From: Nitrospirota bacterium
GTDB lineage: Bacteria; Nitrospirota; UBA9217
Direction of reading: 5' to 3'
Assembly (NCBI GenBank): GCA_029858565.1
Contig: JAOUEV010000023.1
Coordinates: 1-48,367, forward strand
DNA length: 48,367 nt
This document shows, in pieces, positions 1 through 7,130 of the stretch; positions within the stretch are counted from its first letter, which is position 1; every line of letters starts with the position of its first letter. Position numbers and translations under genes: made by a program. Below the pieces are notes generated by a model, which saw only the letters and a program-made list of their open reading frames with translations, searched no databases and had not been told where the DNA came from.

Positions 1-172
1 CGATCCCCCCGCCGGGACAGAGCTGGCTGCCTGCCGGCAGGAGCGTTGTGGTGGCTGCTGATGACGGGCCCAGTGTTGAGAGATCAGGCCCTTCAGCCCC
101 TTTCTTGCACCCCGCGCTCGGAACGAACGTGACCAACAGAACCGCGATCAAAAGCCCGGACCCTTTTCTCAT
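1..172 (-). CDS. Putative lipoprotein, N-terminal part (runs off window; not in ORF track)
   Basis: My translation from ATG 172 (alt. 178): MRKGSGLLIAVLLVTFVPSAGCKKGAEGPDLSTLGPSSAATTTLLPAGSQLCPGGGI...; basic N-terminus, hydrophobic core, SAG-C lipobox; G-rich SD upstream. Confidence 0.6.
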   Translation of the reverse strand, partial: MRKGSGLLIAVLLVTFVPSAGCKKGAEGPDLSTLGPSSAATTTLLPAGSQLCPGGGI

Positions 173-325
173 TGCCATCCCCCCTTGAGATCAAGAAGTC
201 AGAATCAGGCAGTTTGCGATCAGCTGCCGAGGATCTTTGTTCACCACTGTATCCTGGTACGCCGGTGTCCTTGTCGCGGCCTTGTCGTCAAACCCACGAT
301 CAGAGGCAGTCCAGAATGCTTTCCC

Positions 326-652
326 CTATGCCGCCGCCTTATGCGCTTCCACCCGGAGCTTCACCCGCTCGTTCGCCTGCAGGATCTTGATGATCTCCAG
401 GATGTTGTCTGCCCGCGGATTTCCGCGCGGTCCGAGCATCCGGTGAACGCTCTTATCGGTCTTCTTGAGCTTCTTCGCCAGCTGCTGGAACGTGATGGTC
501 GCGTTGATATAGTCGCGGAGCATGGCCTTGCCCGCTTCAAGATCACCGGCAAGGAGTTCGTTGACCGCTTCGGTCAGCATCTCCCTCCTGAATGCCGGAT
601 CGCTCACCGCGCGGTCCATGATGGTCCTTCTGAATTTACGCGTGATCGCCAT
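326..652 (-). CDS. Type II TA antitoxin, HTH addiction-module antidote (HigA/HI1420-like)
   Basis: 108 aa; LRDYINATITFQQLAKKLKKTDKSVHRMLGPRGNP HTH-like segment; directly downstream of a RelE-like toxin; GAGGA SD. Confidence 0.85.
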   Translation of the reverse strand: MAITRKFRRTIMDRAVSDPAFRREMLTEAVNELLAGDLEAGKAMLRDYINATITFQQLAKKLKKTDKSVHRMLGPRGNPRADNILEIIKILQANERVKLRVEAHKAAA

Positions 653-661
653 AGTGCTTCC

Positions 662-994
662 TCATTTCTTTCCCGCTTTCGCCTGCTTATACTCTGCCCA
701 GAGCATCTGAGCTGTACGAATATCCCTTTGCTGGGTCTTCTTGGCCCCGCCTCCCAGCAGGATGACCAGCTCGTCACCCTCTTGTCCGAAGTAGATCCGG
801 TAGCCTGGTCCGAAATCGATCCTGTATTCCGACACCCCTTTGCCGACGGACTTGACGTTCGAGAAATTCCCCTGCTCCAGCCGGTACAGCGCTGCAGCCG
901 CCTTTGCAGCTGCCTGTGCGTCGAGCGCCGAGAACCACCCGGCAAAGGGCGAAGCACCCGCCTTTATGTATTCGATGACTCTTCGATCGGCCAT
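662..994 (-). CDS. Type II TA toxin, RelE/ParE superfamily (HigB/HI1419 addiction-module killer)
   Basis: GNFSNVKSVGKGVSEYRIDFGPGYRIYFGQEGDELVILLGGGAKKTQQRDI is the typical family signature; toxin-first gene order. Confidence 0.9.
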   Translation of the reverse strand: MADRRVIEYIKAGASPFAGWFSALDAQAAAKAAAALYRLEQGNFSNVKSVGKGVSEYRIDFGPGYRIYFGQEGDELVILLGGGAKKTQQRDIRTAQMLWAEYKQAKAGKK

Positions 995-1005
995 CCATGG
1001 TCCTT

Positions 1006-1034
1006 ATGGTAACAGATATGTTACCAATAGTCAA
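1006..1034 (-). promoter_or_regulatory. sigma70 promoter of the TA operon with an overlapping palindromic operator
   Basis: Minus strand TTGACT-17nt-TACCAT; perfect inverted repeat TGGTAACA-gata-TGTTACCA at 1007-1026. Confidence 0.75.
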
Positions 1035-1310
1035 GAGGGGAATTCTCGCGGTTCCGATGATTCACGTTCCTGATCATTTCCAGCCATCCTTCTTGCGTGC
1101 CCAAAGAAGGGTGGCGCCCATCCCTGGCAACAGGTGATCCCGGCAGACCGGGAGTGGGTCAGTCGCCGGGAGGTCGCTTTATCAGGAGCCTTCGGCTCAG
1201 GCTGTCGGTCCTCCTCAGAAGGGCACCCGGCGACCATTCTGGTCCGTCCTGCTCTGTCGTCCTCGGTACATTTCAGAAACTCGGGCTTCGCCCTCAGACA
1301 TCTGAAATGT

Positions 1311-1541
1311 TTAACCCTCGGACTCGGTCCCAGGCCGGGAATGTTCGCATGGGAAGACGGGAAGTTCACTCCCCGATACCGCCGGCTTTCGGGAGTCCTC
1401 ACCGACCATGGCTGCCAGTTCCTGGTACTTTCCGGCAAGCGAATACTCCCGCTCGATCACGCGCTGTATCTCGTCGCGCAGACGGCGGACCCGTGCCGAC
1501 CCTTCGTCGCTTCCCTGCGCGTTCCCGGCATCAAGCGTCAT
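1311..1541 (-). CDS. Small hypothetical protein (possibly degraded/frameshifted)
   Basis: 76-aa ORF co-oriented with neighbours, helical N-terminal half; no recognisable family. Confidence 0.3.
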   Translation of the reverse strand: MTLDAGNAQGSDEGSARVRRLRDEIQRVIEREYSLAGKYQELAAMVGEDSRKPAVSGSELPVFPCEHSRPGTESEG

Positions 1542-1605
1542 AGTTCGATGGTCCCTGCAATCTATTGCTGTTGATGTTCTGCCGCAGCCGCGCCGGCAGC
1601 AGGGC

Positions 1606-3063
1606 CTAGTAGTGGGTCTTCAGGTCATGCCAGGTAATGGGGAAGGGGATCTGCAGGCTCACCTCGGTGCCCTTTTCCAGGAGCGAGACCGCGACCACCC
1701 CTCCCACCTCCCGCGCCCGCTTCCGCATGATCGACTGGCCCCGTCCCTGGTTCTCGATGCCGTCGTACCCCACGCCGTTGTCCCGGACCGTCATGGTGAA
1801 TCCCTGTTCGCTCACCTGGAGCGCCACTGAAACAGATTCGGCCCTGGCGTGCTTGATCACGTTCGTCAGCGCCTCCTTGTAGATCTTGAAGACATTGACC
1901 CAGACCGTGCTGCTGGGCAGCTCCGAGACCTCCTGGAGCCGCGCGTCCACAACGAACCCGATGCGATGGGGATCGAGCAGGGTGCTTCCCATGTTCCGCA
2001 CATAGGCCGCCATCACCTGCCAGGTCATTTCCCTGGTGTCGATGCTCTGCATGAGGCTGCGGATCTCCAGGGCGCCCTCCTGGGAGAGTTGCGAGATCGT
2101 GCCGAGCTTCCTCCGGATATCCTCCAGGTCATCGGTGCGCTGCGCCATTTCAGCGAGGATGCGGATATTCGAGGTGATCCCTCCGACGCCGTCGTGGAGG
2201 TCCATGACGATCTTTTCCTTTTCCACCACATGCTGGCGCTCCCGCGCGATGCGGGTCTCGACCTCGGCATGGTAGGTGCGCAGACGGCTTCGCATGCGGT
2301 CAAAGGATTCGGCAAGATCGCAGATCTCGTCGGTGGTCCTGATGCTGATCGGCGTGTCGAACCGGCCCTCCGAGATATCCTGCGTCGCCCGCGTGAGCCG
2401 CTTGAGCGGCGCGGTGATCCTGCGGGTCATGAGCAGGGTCAGCGCCGTGCCGACCAGCACGATCAGGGACGCGAAGAACACCGTGGAGACCACCAGCTGG
2501 TTGACACGGCTGTTCAGCGAATCCAGCGTGAGGCCGAGCCGGATGTAGCCGATGACCGCCGGCGCAGCGTCCCTGCCGCCGTTCCTGAGGACCGCATCGG
2601 TCAGGGGACCGGAACTTTCGCTCATGATCGGATGGAGGATCTCGATATACCGCCGCTTGTTCAGCGGGTCCGCGAGGTCGCGCACCGGATCGCCGCGCAG
2701 GCTTCCCGCAGTCGGGACCAGGTGCCCCGCTCTCCCCGGCGCGATCCGAAAGTCCCGCGCCGCAAGCGGCTTGCGCTCCCTGTTCGACACGGACACGTAG
2801 GCGATGTCATCGTCCGCGGACAGGCTGTTCAGGACCGGCAGCAGCATCTTGCGGTCCTCGGTATAGACGCCGAGCTCGCAGTTCTTCCCGAGCGTCTCGG
2901 CAATGGTCCTGCCGTGGTTCAGGAGATCGTTGCGGTAGTGCTGGATCTCGAGGCCGACCAGGTAGAGGCAGATCCCGGCCGAGGTGACCAGGATCAGGCC
3001 CACGGTGAGGAGGTTGAATTTCGTTGACAGGAGATAGCGTTTTGGGAGCGAGCTTCCGGTCAT
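1606..3063 (-). CDS. Membrane sensor histidine kinase, HAMP + HisKA_3 + HATPase (NarX/UhpB class)
   Basis: Two TM segments, HAMP (RRITAPLKRLT...DEICDLAESFDRM), H-box MDLHDGVGG, N-box EALTNVIKHA, DNGVG, GRGQSIMRKRA; start set at MTGSS. Confidence 0.9.
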   Translation of the reverse strand: MTGSSLPKRYLLSTKFNLLTVGLILVTSAGICLYLVGLEIQHYRNDLLNHGRTIAETLGKNCELGVYTEDRKMLLPVLNSLSADDDIAYVSVSNRERKPLAARDFRIAPGRAGHLVPTAGSLRGDPVRDLADPLNKRRYIEILHPIMSESSGPLTDAVLRNGGRDAAPAVIGYIRLGLTLDSLNSRVNQLVVSTVFFASLIVLVGTALTLLMTRRITAPLKRLTRATQDISEGRFDTPISIRTTDEICDLAESFDRMRSRLRTYHAEVETRIARERQHVVEKEKIVMDLHDGVGGITSNIRILAEMAQRTDDLEDIRRKLGTISQLSQEGALEIRSLMQSIDTREMTWQVMAAYVRNMGSTLLDPHRIGFVVDARLQEVSELPSSTVWVNVFKIYKEALTNVIKHARAESVSVALQVSEQGFTMTVRDNGVGYDGIENQGRGQSIMRKRAREVGGVVAVSLLEKGTEVSLQIPFPITWHDLKTHY

Positions 3064-3159
3064 GGATGTCTCGAGCGCAGGGAAGACGTACGAGCCGTGC
3101 ACTGCAGAACCATGCTTCGCCGGCCTCGCGAAATTCCGCCTGCGGTCCTCGTACTGTCC

Positions 3160-3477
3160 TCAGGGAACGCGGATCATCTTACGGGCGTTCCGCATCATGG
3201 CAATGAACTTTTTCATGGGGAACTTGATGGGCGCGACGCCCGGGGGCACGTCAAATCCCTCGAAAAAGGTGCCGTTCGCGAGGGTGTAGAACTCAAGGAT
3301 CTCCAGGGCCTCCTGGCCCTGGGCCGACCCGTAGGTCACTGCGCGGATCTCTCCGTCGCGGGTGTAGATCTTGAACAGGTCCTCGCTGGACTCCTTCGTG
3401 GTAATGAAATAGGCCCCGGTCTTCCGGGCGTCGAGCACTTCCTGGAGCACATCGGCTACAGCACGGTCTCGTGGCAT
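3160..3477 (-). CDS. DUF4388/PatA-N-like small protein
   Basis: VLQEVLDARKTG...IYTRDGEIRAVTYGSAQGQEAL...GTF pattern; GGAGG SD. Confidence 0.6.
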   Translation of the reverse strand: MPRDRAVADVLQEVLDARKTGAYFITTKESSEDLFKIYTRDGEIRAVTYGSAQGQEALEILEFYTLANGTFFEGFDVPPGVAPIKFPMKKFIAMMRNARKMIRVP

Positions 3478-3509
3478 ATCACCTCCGCGGTCTGCCCGGG
3501 GACCCGCTC

Positions 3510-3585
3510 ATGGTATCCCCGTTCTTCATAGGGCTTCAGCTTTTCCAGCCACAGGGCCTCAAGTTCCTTCAGGTCCCCGCGGTCA
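3510..3585 (-). pseudogene. C-terminal remnant of a GIY-YIG (LuxR-associated type) nuclease-family gene
   Basis: RGDLKELEALWLEKLKPYEERGYH resembles the conserved C-terminus of that family as I recall it; upstream sequence of ORF 3456..3704 does not look coding. Confidence 0.5.
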
Positions 3586-3827
3586 AATCCCACAGCCTGT
3601 TGTCGATGTCTATGATGATGCGGTTCATCTGTAAGGTAAGGGTCCGTTCCGGGAAGGTTTGTTCTTGTGAAACCTAGGATAGTACAGACCGGGAAAAAAT
3701 ACAAGGGTGAATTGGCGGCGCCGGCCCATTCGCAGGATGCCGGCTAAGGACCCGCGCAAACAAGGAAAAGCGCGGTGAAGGCGACGCGGCAGGCGCTCCG
3801 GCCTGCCGCGCATTCGAGGAACAGCGC

Positions 3828-4997
3828 TTACGATCCCTGGGTGAACTTCCCCTGCGGCGGCAGATCGCGCTTGCCTTTGCTGAAGGAGACCGACCCTGTG
3901 GGGCAGACCTCCACGCAGGTGGCGCAGGAGAAGCAGTCCGGCGCTGTGCGGTCCTGCTTCAGGATCGCCTCCATGGCAGTGGACGGGCAGGCTTTGCTGC
4001 ACTTCTCGCAGGCGATGCAGGTAGTGTAATTCACGCGGACCTTGAAAACGCTCGCCTTTTCCGCGAGCCAGCCGATGAACCCGAAGGGACAGGCAGCATG
4101 ACACCAGGGCCGGTACACGAACAGGCTCGCGAAGACGATGACCGCGAGCACCGCGGCTCCCAGGGACGTGACCATCAGGGGATTGTAGATCTTGAAAGGA
4201 TTGACCGGGCTGATGATGTCCATGCTCCAGCCGAGCGCGAGCGCGGTGAACAGGGCGAACACCGCGGCCCGCAGGGTGTTGGTCACCGCAAAGGGGACCT
4301 TGCGCTGGGATATGACGCTCTTCCCGTCGCTGTCGCGGTTCAGGCGGAACAGCAGGTCCTGGAGCGTGCCGAACTGGCAGCCCCAGCCGCAGATGAGCTT
4401 GTTGGCCAGTACCGTGATCGCCAGGAACACCAGGAGCATGACCATGCGCGGCGGAAAGATGATCCCCTTGGCGCCCAACAGCGCGATAGTGTCGGTCAGG
4501 GTGTTCATGGGGCTCGGCTCGTTGCCCAGGACCACGCCAAAGACCGAGATGCTGGCAAGGTAGAGCCACTTCCGCCTGCTTGACGTGACCGCCCCTTTCC
4601 GCAGGAGCCGGAACGCGGCCGCCATCATCACGAGCCAGAGCCCGATCTTGACCGGGATCTTGACCCAGTTCTTGGTGCCGAACTCCTCTGACATGGCAAG
4701 GGTCTTTTTTGTCCGGGTGACGATCTCCTGCTCCGACAGGGGGAGATCGCTGATCTTCTTTCCGTAGTCCTTCAGCTCCTTGAAGCCCAGAGCTTTTTCG
4801 AGCATCTCCATGTTCAGCCCGTTCTCCCTGCCGAACTCGTTCACGGTCATGTCGTACCTGATGACGATCTCTTTCGGGGCCCGCGGCTTCTCCATCTTTC
4901 CACCCCAGTGCCTGGTAAAGAACATCGAGAGACCGATAACCGCGGCCACGAGCGCAACTGCCTTGAGAACAACTGCTGCTTTACTGCGATCCATCAT
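3828..4997 (-). CDS. Membrane 4Fe-4S binding protein (NapH/MauN/RdxA-like polyferredoxin)
   Basis: Multiple TMs, CGWGCQFG and RPWCHAACPFG motifs, two ferredoxin motifs CIACEKCSKACP and CFSCATCVEVCP. Confidence 0.85.
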   Translation of the reverse strand: MMDRSKAAVVLKAVALVAAVIGLSMFFTRHWGGKMEKPRAPKEIVIRYDMTVNEFGRENGLNMEMLEKALGFKELKDYGKKISDLPLSEQEIVTRTKKTLAMSEEFGTKNWVKIPVKIGLWLVMMAAAFRLLRKGAVTSSRRKWLYLASISVFGVVLGNEPSPMNTLTDTIALLGAKGIIFPPRMVMLLVFLAITVLANKLICGWGCQFGTLQDLLFRLNRDSDGKSVISQRKVPFAVTNTLRAAVFALFTALALGWSMDIISPVNPFKIYNPLMVTSLGAAVLAVIVFASLFVYRPWCHAACPFGFIGWLAEKASVFKVRVNYTTCIACEKCSKACPSTAMEAILKQDRTAPDCFSCATCVEVCPTGSVSFSKGKRDLPPQGKFTQGS

Positions 4998-5051
4998 CAC
5001 TTCCCCCCCCCGGCTTAAATCCAAAACAACCGTTTCAACTCATTTCATGAA

Positions 5052-5090
5052 CAAAAAAAGAGCCTGAGAAGCTTCAAGACTTCCAGGCTC
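5052..5090 (-). terminator. Rho-independent terminator downstream of the FmdB-like gene
   Basis: Minus strand GAGCCTGGAAG...CTTCTCAGGCTC hairpin followed by a T7 run. Confidence 0.7.
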
Positions 5091-5133
5091 ATGTGTATCG
5101 TTGACCGCAGACCGCGGTCGGAATTCAGGACCC

Positions 5134-5322
5134 TCAGCCGCCGCCGGAGCCGATGCCGCAGACATTATGCTCCCCGCCCATGGACGAGAACTTGGACATC
5201 AGCTTCTTGGACCTTTTTTCACTGCAGTAGGGACAGACCGTGTCCTCTTCCTTGGTGTTCATGGACTGCAGCAGCACGAAATCCTTGCCGCAGGCCTCGC
5301 ACATATATTCGTAGAACGGCAT
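5134..5322 (-). CDS. FmdB-family zinc-ribbon protein (CxxC_CxxC_SSSS)
   Basis: MPFYEYMCEACG...CPYCSEKRSKKLMSKFSS, Gly-rich tail; GGAGG SD. Confidence 0.9.
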   Translation of the reverse strand: MPFYEYMCEACGKDFVLLQSMNTKEEDTVCPYCSEKRSKKLMSKFSSMGGEHNVCGIGSGGG

Positions 5323-5401
5323 TTTACTACCTCCTTCCAGAATGCAAATCCCCCCGCGAGGCCCGGGCGTTCCGGGAATGACGGAGGGATCCTGTGGTCG
5401 A

Positions 5402-5626
5402 TCAGCAATTGCAGCGCTCGCGCGCGCCCAACCGATGAAGAATAATACTCATGGGGCAAAAACCTGTCAAGGCAAAAATCGTGAGCATCGCGCCCACCAG
5501 CCCGGTGAAGTAGAAGAATTTCACGCTTACCGCGAACCCCAGGACCACGCTTCCGAGCACGAAGATCCCGGCCAGCAGCCTGATGAACCGTTCCAGATAC
5601 CATGTTTTAGTGCTTGCGATGTACAT
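5402..5626 (-). CDS. DUF2892/YgaP-family small membrane protein
   Basis: ERFIRLLAG...two TMs...ALTGFCPMSIIL; GGAGG SD. Confidence 0.85.
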   Translation of the reverse strand: MYIASTKTWYLERFIRLLAGIFVLGSVVLGFAVSVKFFYFTGLVGAMLTIFALTGFCPMSIILHRLGARERCNC

Positions 5627-5647
5627 GTGAATAACCTCCGGTTAATT

Positions 5648-5734
5648 AATTCGGAATTCGGATCGCGGATCGCGGATTTGCAAAGGTTCATCCTTTCGCG
5701 TTCATTCCGCAATCCGCAATCTGCAATCCGCAAT
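5648..5734. repeat. Inverted pair of heptamer arrays (ATT/CGCGG x4 ... AATCCGC x4)
   Basis: aattcgg aattcgg atcgcgg atcgcgg ... attccgc aatccgc aatctgc aatccgc, about 25-nt spacer. Confidence 0.85.
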
Positions 5735-5736
5735 TG

Positions 5737-6165
5737 TTACAAACAGACGAACGGCGCTTTCCGTTCCTTGGACGCGAAGCGGGAATAATGAGGCGACGTG
5801 AAGATGTCCATGAGCATATGCCTGGTCACCACGCCCGCGTATTTTCCGTCCCTCGTGACCGTGACCATGGAACAGCAGCTCTGCATCAGGAGCCGCACCA
5901 GCTCGTCGGTCGACGCGGTGACGTCCGCTGTGACCGGCGCAGGCACCAGGACCTTTGACGCCGGAAGAACCGACAGGTCCAGGCCGTCGCGGATCGCTCC
6001 GAGGATCCCGTTCTCCGTCACCACGCCCAGCAGGTCGTTGCTGTCGTTCACCACCGGCATCGCGGCCAGGCCGCTGGAGATGATCCGCATCGCCGTCTCC
6101 TGCGCGGTCGTATCCGGTCCCACGCTGATCTTTTCCTTCATAATGTGCCACGCACTGATAGACAT
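5737..6165 (-). CDS. Tandem CBS-domain protein
   Basis: AMPVVNDSNDLLGVVTE and VTVTRDGKYAGVVTR CBS motifs; GGAGG SD. Confidence 0.85.
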   Translation of the reverse strand: MSISAWHIMKEKISVGPDTTAQETAMRIISSGLAAMPVVNDSNDLLGVVTENGILGAIRDGLDLSVLPASKVLVPAPVTADVTASTDELVRLLMQSCCSMVTVTRDGKYAGVVTRHMLMDIFTSPHYSRFASKERKAPFVCL

Positions 6166-6253
6166 TGAAACCTCCGGTAAAATTCATCTAGCATACGGCC
6201 GGTAGCAAGTTGCCGGGGAAATCAACCCCGCACTCCTGTCCCGGTCATGAACA

Positions 6254-6277
6254 ACTCCGCACTTCGCACTCCGCACT
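6254..6277. repeat. Heptamer array ACTCCGC x3
   Basis: actccgc acttcgc actccgc act just after the crotonase stop. Confidence 0.7.
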
Positions 6278-6281
6278 CTTC

Positions 6282-7022
6282 TTACATCCGTTCCCACTGC
6301 TTTGTATCGGGATTGAACGCTTCGCTGAAAGCGGTCACTTCTTCCTTCAGCCCGACCTCGTATCCCTCGGTCAGTCCATAGTTCACCAGCATCTTGATGG
6401 ACCGGAGGGAGCTCAGGCTGTTGTTCGCGATGCGGCTTGCCAGGCGCTCCGCTTCCTGGTCCAGGGCGTCCGCGGGCACCACCTTGTTCACCAGCCCGAT
6501 CCGCAGGGCCTCCTCGGCATCCACGGTCCTGGCGGTGAAGAGCAGCTCCTTTGCGCGCCCCACGCCCACGGTCTTGTACAGGCGCTGGGACGAGCCGAAG
6601 ATCGGCGGCAGGCCGAGCCGCGCCTCGGGGAACGAGAAGACCGCGTCGGACGACGCGATCCTGATGTCCGCTGCCAGCGCCAGGCCCAGTCCCGCGCCGG
6701 TCGTCTCGCCCTTGACCGCGGCGATCACCGGGACCGGCAGGTTCTCGATGTGCTTCAGCAGGCTGTAGCCCATGTCAGCGAAATGGCCCGCCTCGGCCTT
6801 GGTCATTTTGATGAAGCTCGCGTAGTCGATCCCTGCCGAGAAGTTCCGTCCCTTTGCCGTGAACAGCACCACCCGGAGCTCGGGATTTTCCCCGTGCACC
6901 TCGCTCACGGTCTTGTTCAGCCCGGCAAGGACCTCGCGGTCAAGATAGTTCATGGGCTGATTGTCGATCACCACCGTGCTGATCATATCCTTGCACGACG
7001 TACTGATCACTGTGTTTTTCAT
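6282..7022 (-). CDS. Enoyl-CoA hydratase/isomerase (crotonase) family protein
   Basis: FSAGID oxyanion motif, PVIAAVKG, GAGLGLALAADIRIAS, FPEARLG, GLVNKVV; AAAGGAG SD before MKNTV. Confidence 0.9.
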   Translation of the reverse strand: MKNTVISTSCKDMISTVVIDNQPMNYLDREVLAGLNKTVSEVHGENPELRVVLFTAKGRNFSAGIDYASFIKMTKAEAGHFADMGYSLLKHIENLPVPVIAAVKGETTGAGLGLALAADIRIASSDAVFSFPEARLGLPPIFGSSQRLYKTVGVGRAKELLFTARTVDAEEALRIGLVNKVVPADALDQEAERLASRIANNSLSSLRSIKMLVNYGLTEGYEVGLKEEVTAFSEAFNPDTKQWERM

Positions 7023-7051
7023 GATTGACTCCTTTACCATTCCACATCCCT

Positions 7052-7130
7052 CCTCACCTGCCCTCTGCCCAACAGGGAGAGGGCAGGGGTGAGGGGTGTT
7101 CGTTCCGCATTCCGAATTCCCCATTCCGCA
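7052..7130. repeat. REP-like hairpin plus TTCCGCA heptamer array
   Basis: cctcacctgccctctgccc-aaca-gggagagggcaggggtgagg hairpin (7052-7094); ttccgca ttccgaa ttcccca ttccgca (7103-7130). Confidence 0.8.

Noticed and set aside
1031-1438. Frameshifted Cys-rich continuation of ORF 1311..1541
   Set aside because: Joining the frames gives a Cys-containing peptide, but no family is recognisable; too speculative.
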